Source: Phoronis australis (Eukaryota; Animalia; Phoronida). Taken from it: 64,000 nt of DNA. The position numbers and the translations under genes were made by a program. Shown here one piece after another: positions 49,319-60,312 of the stretch. The DNA lies in NCBI GenBank assembly GCA_002633005.1, contig NMRA01000410.1, positions 275,977 to 339,976 of the forward strand, in the 5' to 3' direction. Each line of letters starts with the position of its first letter. Position 1 is the first letter of the stretch. The notes beneath the pieces are model-generated. The model had not been told where the DNA came from. It ran no database searches and saw only the letters and a list, made by a program, of their open reading frames with translations.

Positions 49319-51829
49319 CAGGTTTTGATTTAGGCAAAGAGTCACATGATATAAAATTGATCTTTGCTATTCCTTAAAGGTTTTGACCTGGGCCCGAGGT
49401 CTAATCTTTATACTTGAAATTGAACTCTTAATTTCTTTTCACATTTTAAATTCTACTTTAAATGAGATAAATGCCCATAATTCAGTGTTTGGGAATGTTA
49501 TACTATATGTGGATGACAGTCTACTAGTGACCTGTTCTGCACTAGACAGTACCACCATCTTGGCTGTCATATCCTCAGGCGCGAGCAGTGTAAAAATCTT
49601 TCAGTTACCAATTTGTCAACTGAATGAAAGACTGTTCGAAAAAGTTTGATTGCGGAAGTATTTGTCGCTGGGAGGATCGATTAAGTTAAAGACATCAACA
49701 GCCTCCAAAGCTATCCTACTATAAGCAAAGGCTACTGATAGCAACTCGACTTAGATGGTGTAAGGCATAATTAGATGGTGTGAGGCACAATTCCCCAAAA
49801 AGCTTCTGGGGTATGGAGAGCCTATGAGATGATCACCATCTTTACTGGGGAGTTCAGTGGTACTGGGGAGTTCAGTGGAACTGTCTAAGTCTGCACTTGA
49901 TTGTACCCCCATTAAAGCCATTAGTTCGAGTTCGAACTCAAATTTTCAGGTTTTTACCCAAATTCCTGAAGTTTTTACTATAAATTTGTAGTCAGTGTTC
50001 TAGTTTCAGACCCACAATCAAACCTACAGAGCTAAATGAGTGACTGCTACTACTCAAAACAAGTACAACTACAAAGTATACTATTCCGGTAAAAAATTCT
50101 TCTTTCTGACGATGTGCATATTTCATAAAATTAACGAAAATAGCTGATAATTTTTTTGGATTCACCTACGTCAGCTCCGGCTCATTGAATCTTTCTGAAT
50201 TACACAAGAAAAAACAGCAGAGAAAGCTTGTATCAAGTTAAAATTTAACAAACATTTCAGCTCAATAAGCTCATCAAACAACAGGCACCAATTTCAAACA
50301 CATTTTGTCACTCTCATTATCGGATTTGGAGCAGTAAGAGTGCGGAAAAATAAAGTCCCACTCGTGGCTCACTAGCAATGACCTTGATAACATAAACTGC
50401 AGCAGGAGGTGTCAAGTTCCAATTTCAAGGTTTTGTGAATAATTAGTGTTCCCAGGTAGTTATTTAGGTAAGAGCGCCAGGCTGTTATGACACTACAATG
50501 TTTTTTCGTGAAATTTCTTATGCTTAAACATCTTGTGTTTACACACTAGTCAGTCATCCCCAACTAACACAAGTCATTAAAAATTTGTATGCATTTATCG
50601 TACATCAAAATTCTCAAGGTGTTCCTCTTAAATTGTTTTACAGTCAAAAATAGCATCCGAAATGCTTTCGACCACTACTAAACTTACCACATGTTCTTGT
50701 GTTTATGAAAATTGTATTGATTTCTTAAATTTCACAGTTTATCAGATCACACAAATAGGCCAGAAAGAAATTCTACCAACGTTCATTCAGCTATTCAGAT
50801 ATCAACTAGCTTCTTTATAACATTCAGAATAATACAAAGATATACTAAGAACGACACTATGATGACTGTGAGATAAGCTTTAATTTTCCTCACTGTAAAT
50901 CAAATCTTGGGGTCATCAACATCGAATCTTGATTTCAACTATAGGCCTATCTGCAACTAAACCAAAAAGGCATAATATAGACCAAATGAAAAGTAGAATA
51001 AATTTATCTCGAGTTTTGTATTAGAGCAGAACAGAAACTGTGAACAATAACTATTTCAACACCCTGGAAAGTCAACGACACCCTGGTCCAAAGAAAAAAC
51101 AGGTGTCATGGAGCTAAAGATAATAATCAAACTGATGAAACTGAGTAATACTTATGTATAAATCTCATCACTTTCGGAAAAGAGTAACATTCAATATAGC
51201 CCTTTTGGTTCATAATTGTAACTGCCCACAAATTCCCCAAAACATCTTATGTATCACTGCATGAATTTCAACATGACAAAGCATTAATTTTTCATGGCAA
51301 TTTTTTATTGGAAAATCAGGGAGTGAAATGTGGCCATATTGTGTCATAATTTGCCCGATTTTACCATACACACTGGTATAAGACCAGTTTTATAAAGGTA
51401 AACAGCTTAAATCAAGCTTGGTTTTGACAGAAAGAACAGACAGTGTTAAATTTTACCTAGGCCTACAGTTAAAACGTGCCGCTTTAACCTCTTACGGTTG
51501 TCAATGAGGCCGGTTGATAGGCAAGACATCGCCACGAGCTCCATGCCATGGGAGGGCCAACAAGCTGGCTGGTTCTTACAAGTTACTGCTTTGCAGAACC
51601 GGTAAGCCAATACTTTTCGACAACGGCGTTAGCATTGCGCTATTGCCAGAATGGTCACTAGTGAGTAGGCCTAGCGTCAGACTGATTCAGCCTACCGCTG
51701 CCTACCGACAGATGTGCCAACTTGATTCACTGAAACTTGAAAAGGACCTCTATCATGTCTAAAACCAATAGATCAGTTAGTCAGTTTTCAACTGTTGTTC
51801 CCCTCATACCAGCTATTCTGTTTACTCAC

Positions 51830-51920
51830 CTATGGTTTACCAGAGGTCACTAATTTAGTCTGAAGTCTGTACAAGCATAGACTATAGTTGTCTATAATCT
51901 ATGGTACAAGTAAGCTACCC
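51830..51920 (-). other. Probable non-coding first exon / TSS region of SLC33A1
   Basis: Strong minus-strand donor TAG|GTGAGT at 51830/51829. The ATG-containing exon begins at an acceptor (tttcag) at 48813, so an upstream UTR exon is required. The 5' limit is unknown. Confidence 0.45.
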
Positions 51921-53906
51921 TATAAAATCAACGTGGCGATTAGGTACACACTCGAAATGATAAAAGGTGGCGTTGCTGTGTTTGAATTTGAATCCTTCGT
52001 ATGTGCGAGCTTGGAATCATACTCATTTGGGCAATCATGTGAAATTTTTTGTTTAGTGTAAAGAATTTTTATTTATTACCCTTATGATCACCCATTTCCT
52101 CCTTTACCGTAATTTGTGTCAATGAATCGGAGGAGTATGTGAATGGTTAAATCAATTATTGCTTGGTGCGGAATAAGATCGCCCGGATCAGAAAAAAATT
52201 TCTACGTTACATGTACACCTAATTTGATTTAGTGCAATGCAAATTTTTATCAACGTGAACGTAATTATTTCAGTTAATTTGTCAAGTTTCCTTGGGTATT
52301 CCAAGTTCACGCACTACACCGGAGCAGCGCGGAGCGCAAATGCAGATGCCGGACTCCCGAACACTACACGAGCAGACTAGAAATCCCGGGTTGGCCTACC
52401 GACATAACGCTAAATCGTCGTGAGAGACCGTCCGGAGTTGGTATATGGTGCAACTCCGGACGGTCTGGGGTCAACAGAAACCACGGTTCAACTGTGAGTC
52501 TACACCAATGTGCTCCTGCAGGTATGCTTAGGCCCTTTTATGACACACAATGTGTCATGACTGGGCAACTTGAAAGCGGCGTTTTCAAAATAATGTGGAT
52601 ATGGAGTGTGAGACCCCTGAGGTCCCTGTCAAGTCCTCACGACAATTCTACCATATGGAGATGTCACAGACCTTTGGGGATGTGGTCACCCCTTTTTTTT
52701 CGAAAATATTTTATGTTAAATTGCGACCGACCAAAGCAACGGCTTATGGATATTAGAAATAAAAGTAGGCCTAGCTAGTAGTGAGTGTGGATAGCTCAGT
52801 CGAGGTCTTCAGTCTGGTTTAATTACTGCCAGTAAAGTCTCAGGTGCTCAAAGAAATGAAATATGTTCCGCCGCCTCCGAGTACCCCGGCTCCAGACGAA
52901 AGTGGTTTCAACTGAGCGTGAAAATGTGTCATTAAGAGGTTTCGCCACTGAAGTGATGTGAAACGGCGTAGTGCCGGAATTGCGCGCCGTGCCGATTCAC
53001 GGGCGCCGTTAAGAAAATGGGCTTCGCAACTGACTGCTAAATTTTTACGTGAACGTGAAAGTAAACATGAACCGAATAACTGAACTTAGGATGTCCAGTC
53101 ATCGTAGTACACGTCTGCTGGATTACAAACTACTCAGTGACAAATCACTCTGAAATGCTGCGGGCTACTAGCCTATTTAGATTCTCACTAACTCAGTGAT
53201 ATCTAACTTAAATTAGTCAATTCTGAATTTAATCAATTAATTTTGCGATGAGACTTTATAGTTAACAGGTTGAGTTCTACAGCGTGCCAGTCGGCAACTC
53301 AGGTGGCATCTAACGAGTTACTCCGGAAATCCCGGCGTTTGGGCGTCTGCCTTGCACATGAGGTTTCTGGAATTTATTGTGCAGGCTAATTCTTTATCTC
53401 TGTACTGACACAAATGCTTAGATTTTTTTCTGACAGTCTCACCAAAACCCCTCATATCATGTTTGGACGGTCACCGACGTGCATCTCGACCAGTAGCCGG
53501 CGGCAGCGAGTACGACGTCGTCGGCCCGGGGGCAGAGCCTAGCTGCCGTTGGGCCAACGAGGCGGCCAGCAATAAGCGCGGGCCCGTAAGGTCATCTATG
53601 TGGTCGAGTGAGTACGGTTTTTCGGGAAGGAGGATTGAGTTCACGGCAAAGACCAAAAGAAACCTATAATAAACGTTCACGAAAATGAATTTTCGAATAG
53701 TAGGCCTATTACGCTGTTTAACAAATAGAGTACGTGACGTACCGGTAAGCCGCTATCTCGGCTCACGCTGGCATGCGTACGTACTCCGTTGACTAGGACC
53801 TACGCCAGCCAAGCGCGCTGGTTCCCTGCGTGCCGCTAGGTGGTAGCCCGGCAGCCCAGTGCTGTCTAGGCACGTAGGGAACCAACGGTCGAGCTACGCT
53901 AGGACC

Positions 53907-54185
53907 CAGTGGCGGATAAGGGGGGCCGGGGAGGCTTACGAAAATGAACTTAAGTTTTTCGCTGAAAACGTAAGTTTTTGGAAAATAACTTAAGTTTTAG
54001 AGGAAAAACTTAACTTCTTCCAAAAAACTTCAGTTTTTAAAAGTAACTTAAGTTTTTAAAACTTAATTTTTCGCCAAAAACTTAAGTTTTTCAGCACAAT
54101 GTTAAATTTTTTAGAAAACTTAAGTTTTTTCAGGTGTAAAACTTAAGTTTTCACTAATAAACTTAAGTTTCAAGTAATAACTTTC
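53907..54185. repeat. hAT-like MITE end (CAGTGGCGGAT) followed by an array of palindromic AAAACTTAAGTTTT units; second copy at 59750-60073
   Basis: Directly visible tandem aacttaagtt palindromes. The copy-2 array is longer. Confidence 0.8.
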
Positions 54186-54352
54186 GTGCAGTATAGGTGG
54201 CGCTGTGTCAGAGGTTTAGGCCTGAAATTACGTCACTTCCTTCTCATGCTCTCCGTGGTTGAAGGTGTAAAAGTGTGTATTGTTTTGTGTTCTACCAGGG
54301 GTTGCATGTTAAATTTTAACGCAAAAACTTTTATTTCTAATGAGGAAGAATC

Positions 54353-55096
54353 ATGGGCGTTTTTGGTTTGCAAACATATTGCTTACAACATAAAGACAGT
54401 TGCGTCACTAACACAGACTTAATAGAGGTTTCAAGGCAACGTGATGGTATAGAAATTCTAGTAGACTTTTATTCTTTCTTCCAGTTTTTGCGTGACAAAT
54501 TTTGGAGAAGTGTGTGCATGATTTACAGTAACGAGTTCATCAAAATCACTGGAGGCGAGTATGCATATGTTGATGCATATGTTACAAAAATCATTTCGGA
54601 TCTGTCTAGCTCTGGAATCAAGCTTATTTTCTATGTGGATGGTGCCAAAGGAAGCAGTGTGACCACAACTAGAAATAAATTTGAAACCTGGGTGAACAGA
54701 CATAACCGAGATCTCGGCAATGTGGCAGGAATTATTGACGTTTGTTCTGGCACGAAAGATCCCCATTCACTTTCAGAGTCCTCGTTCATTCGACCAGTAT
54801 TGTTTGAAGTTCAGATTCTGGACACACTAAGCAAGTGCAAATGCGACGTGATCCAAGTTTGTGCTGGTGAGGCAGATCCAGCTCTTGCCAAAGAACTGTG
54901 TGAGCGACCCAAAGCGTACTGCATATTAAGCAATGACACAGATTTCTGTGTTGTTAGGAACTGTAAAGTAATACCAAATGAATTATTTGACCTGGAGAAC
55001 GATCTACGCCTTGGGGAGGCTTTGCTCATTCCTGAGAAGCCATCGAAGTTGATTTGTGGTGTCATCTCGTCGTCTGACGTTGCACATTCACTAGGA
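54353..55096 (+). CDS. Exon 1 of the Asteroid/FAM120-like PIN-domain gene, copy 1 (downstream exons absent, truncated at the contig join)
   Basis: MGVFGLQTY start with VDF, FYVDG, GEAD and SNDTDF FEN-like PIN motifs. Donor GGA|GTATGT. About 11 nt differences from copy 2, counted by eye. Confidence 0.7.
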
Positions 55097-56522
55097 GTAT
55101 GTGGTTTACTTCAGTCTTTTGTTGTTAGACTAAAAAACATAATTGGTTCAAACCTTGCTTATACCCTTGCTTAGGTGCCTTTGTACAACGATTAAAAAAA
55201 CAGGAGACCCCTTGGCTGATATTGATTCAGGCACAGGCATATTTTTAGACATTGAGGTCAGTCATAGGTCTCAAAATCAGTCCACGTGAATGACCAGAAC
55301 TGTTTATGATTTTTTGGCCTTACAGCAAAACTCGTGTGAGTTGAAAGTATGTCGAACTTTTTCATGAAACGGCAATAAGAGCTTGCCTTCCAACCCACAA
55401 AACAACTTTAGATTTAGACCACGTACCATTATGAAACTGGTCTCATCAACTTGTTCCTAAGTCAAACTGAATGTGTTACCAGGGAAGCTTTAATTCAGAA
55501 GAACTGACTGGTCATGATGGCTTGAGATCAAGTGTTACAAGCTGACTTGTCATGGCATGTCATTTAGTGTGCTAAGCATGCTTTTGAGGAATGCAGGTGA
55601 TAACAGGTCACTGTAACCTGCAGAAACATAAAAAAACAACAGGTTGAGCAACACAATCCTGCTGCCCAATTTGCTGAATGGAAGATGGAACTCGAAACCT
55701 CCATGTCGGTCGGTGTTTCAGTTACCATTTAAGCATCAGCACAGAATTGTTTGGCTATAGTACAAATAGAAAATGGACAATCGCCGCACAAATACTTTCC
55801 CTGTATCTCTCACTCTCATTTCACCCCATGGATGTGACTTGAATGGTAATCGACACTTGTCCTACTGTACATATCCTGATGATGTCGTATGAATAGACGA
55901 AATGTTGAGTTAACATGAACTTTTTTATTTGTGCGTCGATTGTCCATTTTCTAAATGCACCCTAGTGCTTTGCAAGTAAATGCAATTTCAGTGAAAACTG
56001 TTATAGCTAACAAAAACATTAAAAAAACTTGGAAAATTGCTCAAGTAGACTGGTAGCCTTGCTCAGTACGAGCAGTGGAATTAAAGTATTGAGTGTCTGT
56101 TGCAGTGGGCTTGTAGAAGTCTTAATTAACGTGTTGGCCTTTTTGTTTTGCATACTTTATTTCACAAAATTCCGACCACTGTCCCACTCCCATTATTATT
56201 TCTACTACTATGGTTTAGAGGAATAAAAAAAGTTCTGTCAATTCTTTTCAAACCCAAAAATCCATTGTCATCTGAGTAAGGAACAAGTTGAGACAAAATT
56301 TTTAATAAAGTTTGCTTTTTGGCTTTTCCATCTTCTTTATAAACGTTTAAACTTTACAAAGTGTTCGGAATTCCATAGAAGGGTTCTTGTTGATGCTTGG
56401 ACTTTATGTAATTCCGAATTCACTTTGCTTCTAGGATAAATCTCTTGGTCTATCTTGATTCAACTTAACTGAGCTTCACTGTATCTTGAAAAACAGTCAA
56501 AGGGTAAGGAGGAGCTCAAATG

Positions 56523-56672
56523 GTGTAATGTTATTCGTAAAACATGATGAGTGTAATGTTATTTATAAAACATGATGAGTGTAATGTTATTTATAAAACA
56601 TGATGAGTGTAATGTTATTTATAAAACATGATGAGTGTAATGTTATTCATAAAACATGATGAGTGTAATGTT
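56523..56672. repeat. 28-bp minisatellite (GTGTAATGTTATTYATAAAACATGATGA)n; second copy at ~62481-62630
   Basis: About five tandem units are directly visible in each duplicated segment. Confidence 0.9.
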
Positions 56673-56914
56673 GAAGTAAGTCATGTTTACATTTTCATCC
56701 TTTCACGATTTTGGATGCGAGTTTTGATTGTGTTTCATGGCAATAGCATTTTGCCCTGTGCATGGTCACTTGTAAACTTAAAGACTCATCTGTATTTTCG
56801 AAACTTGAAAGAAGTGATGTCCGTCCATATCTTTAATCATTTGTCACCCCGCAACCTCATATAAAATGTCAAAAACATCATGAAATAACTTTGTGCGCCT
56901 TCTCTAGCTTCACN

Positions 56915-57760
56915 GACGAATGGCTTAGAAGAGAAAGTGAACGAGTTACGGGTATTTTGTACCAGTGTCAGAACTGACAGAAATACAAAAAGTCGGAAGA
57001 CAAGAAACCAACAGAGTGTTAGCTGAGACCAAAGAAGTCAATAAATAAGTGAAGCAAGGCAATTTTGTTTGTAAATATGAAGGTCGCCGATATCTCTAAC
57101 AAGTCGTGGACACAAATGATGTCGACTTGCCTGTGGAGGTCAACTTCTTGCAGCCGTCCAGTAAAATGAGTGGATTGTTTATGTGGCCGGCCGAAGGAAA
57201 CAAGATTTGGCTACGGAAAGATGACATCCTGAATCTCGTCCTGGACCTCGTACCTACTGGGAAAGCTGCAGGGCATTCAAGGCGTCAGATGAATTGCTGG
57301 ACTATCTTGATTTTTCCTAATGACGTTTAAAGCCCAGCTAAAATTGCCGTTTGGCCCAATTGTCAACACTTAGTTGTCATTTACGGGACGTGACATGTGA
57401 CGTGTTAGATGTCAGGCACAATTGTATATAGCAAATGTTGTAAAAATGTTGAATGCAAACTTTTGGATTTACCTGTATATGTACATGTGAGGTGTGTTAC
57501 AAATGTCTCCACGTGCCTTCTTGCATCACAGACAGTTGAATTGTAATCTGTTGTCATTTTTATTACGTAATCAGTTACATCAACTCATACAAGTGACAAC
57601 AAATAGCCTTCAATACGTATACTATCCGTCATTATTTCATACCAGTTTTTCCTGAAGTGTAGGTGGTCAGAAATTATTTCCACCAACACAATATCACTTG
57701 CCCCTCACTTACGGGACTTGTTGTGTCATTTACGAGACGTCTTTAAATTCACTTAAGGAT
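56915..57760 (+). mobile_element. 3' part of a decayed DNA transposon starting at the contig join
   Basis: The ORF remnant VEVNFLQP....LFMWP...KIW...DDIL resembles a C-terminal motif of pogo-like transposases. Subterminal repeats catttacgggacg / cttacgggac / catttacgagacg. Absent upstream of segment copy 1. Confidence 0.45.
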
Positions 57761-60312
57761 TTTTTAGTCATCACATTACCGGATATTGGATACCAGTTTT
57801 TGAATGATCGATAGTCGCTAATGAAAATTAAGACAAGTGCAAACACCACGGCACCTGTTTTGATAAAACACAGTTATAATCAAACGACGTGTTTTAAAAA
57901 AGTAAAAATTTAGTTCAAAAGTTAAATTTTTATATGTCCACGAAAAATATACAAGAAAGTAGAAAATACTAAGAGCTAATTTTCTCGATTTTATCAAGCA
58001 TGCTGATTAATAAAATTGCACACTGAGATTGTTCGTTGTCAATGATAACAAACTAGACCGAAAATTAACCCAACGAACGCGTTTTTATGTTTTCAAATAA
58101 ATTATCCAGTTGCTCTAATAAAAGAACAAAATAACTCTATAACTGCACTTGCTGAGCTGAGGAAATTGTTCAAAACTTATCATTCATACGTTAAACTAAG
58201 AAAAAATAATACATTAGCTCCAGATGAAGATACTTGAAAATCGAGTGTCTCAGGTGTCGAATTGTCGCGATTCATTGAGAATGGCTCTATATCGTCGTGA
58301 GAGACCGTCCGGAGTTGGTATATGGTGCAACTCCGGACGGTCTGGGGTCAACAGAAAACCACAGTTCAACTGTGAGTCTACACCAGTGCGCCTGTGCAGG
58401 TATGCTTAGGCCCTGTAATGACACACAATGTGTGACTGGGCAACTTGAAAGCCTTTGTTTTCAAAATAATGTGGATATGGAGTGTGAGACCCCTGAGGTC
58501 CCTGTCAAGTCCTCACGACAATTCTACCATATGGAGATGTCACAGACCTTTGGGGATGTGGTCACCACTTTTTTGTTCGAAAATATTTTATGTTAAATTG
58601 CGACCGACCAAAGCAACGGCTTATGGATATTAGAAAAAAGTAGCTAGTAGTGAGTGTAGTGGATAGCTCAGTCGAGGTCTCTGGTTACTGCCAGTAAAGC
58701 CCTCAGGTGCTCAAAGAAATGAAATATGTTCCGCCGCCTCCGAGTACCCCGGCTCCAGACGAAAGTGGTTTCAACAGCGTGAAAATGTGATAATCGAGGT
58801 TTCGCCAAGTGATGTGAAACGGCGGAGTGAATTGCGCGTGCCGAGTCACCGGCGCCCTTAAGACTGGGCTTCGCAACTGCTAAATTTTTACGTGAACGTG
58901 AAAGTAAACATGAACCGGAATAACTGAACTTAGGATGTCCAGTCATCGTAGTACACGTCTGCTGGATTACAAACTACTCAGTGACAAATCACTCTGAATG
59001 CTGCGGGCTATGTAAGTTATATTTAGGCCTCACTAACTCAATGACATCTAACTTAAATTAGTCAATTCTGAATTTAGTCAATTAATTTTGCGATGAGACT
59101 TTGTAGTTAACATGTTGAGTTCTACAGCGTGCCAGTCGGCAACTCAGTGGCATCTAACGAGTTACTCCGGAATTCCCGGCGTTTTGGCGTCTGCCTTGCA
59201 CATGAGGTTTCTGGAATTTATTGTGCAGGCTAATTCTTTATCTCTCACGGTAATTGTAAACACAAAAATGCTTAGCCAAATGGATTTTTTCTGACAGTCT
59301 CACCAAAACCCCTCATATCATGTTTGGTGTCACCGACGTGCATCTCGACCAGTAGCCGGCGGCAGTACGAAAGTCGTCGGCCCGGGCCGGGGGCAGACTG
59401 CGCCTAGCTGCCGCTGGGCCAACGAGGCGGCCAGCAATAGGCGCGGGTAAGGTCATCCGTCGAGTGAGTACATTTTTCGGGAAGAGTAGGATTGAGTTCA
59501 CGGCAAAGACCAAAGAAACCTAAAATATGTACGTTCACGAAAATGAATTTTCGAATATTACGCTGTTTAACAAATAGAGTACGTGACGTACCGGTAAGCT
59601 ATCTCGGCTCACGCTGGCATGCGTACGTACTCCGTTGACTAGGACCTACGCCAGCGCGCTGGTTACCTGCGTGCCGCTAGGTGGTCAGTAGCCCGGCAGC
59701 CCAGTGCCGGGCTAGGCACGTAGGGAACCAACGGTCGAGCTACGCTAACAAGTGGCGGATAAGGGGGGGGGGGGAGGCTTACAAAAATGTACTTAACTTT
59801 TTCGCTGAAAACTTAAGTTTTTGGCGAAAAAACTTAAGTTTTTGGAAAATAACTTAAGTTTTAGAGGAAAAACTTAAGTTCTTCCGAAAAACTTCAGTTT
59901 TTAAAAGTAACTTAAGTTTTTAAAACTTAATTTTTCGCCAAAAACTTAAGTTTTTCAGCACAATGTTAAGTTTTTCAGAGAACTTATTTTTTTTTAGAAA
60001 ACTTAAGTTTTTTCAGGTGTAAAACTTAAATTTTCACTAATAAACTTAAGTTTCAAGTAATAACTTAAGTTTTCGTGCAGTATAGGTGGCGCTGTGTCAG
60101 AGGGGTTTAGGCAATGAGATAAATATAACTATGTATATAGCTCATTCGGCACGCAGGGAACCAGCGAGATTGGGTTTAGGCCTGAAATTACGTCACTTCC
60201 TTCTCATGCTCTCCGTGGTTGAAGGTGTAAAAGTGTGTATTGTTTTGTGTTCTACCAGGGGTTGCATGTTAAATTTTAACGCAAAAACTTTTATTTCTAA
60301 TGAGGAAGAATC

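Larger units (their letters stand above)
52413..56913 (+). repeat. Segmental copy 1 of 58290-62871 (probable uncollapsed haplotype)
   Basis: Collinear near-identity from atcgtcgtgagagacc to ctagcttcac. Copy 1 stops exactly at the single N at 56914. Confidence 0.9.

Noticed and set aside
55097-55174. C-terminal VCGLLQSFVV...YTLA of the 273-aa ORFs as a complete single-exon gene
   Set aside because: This is read-through into intron 1. Copy 2 shows in-phase downstream exons with the conserved GND motif.
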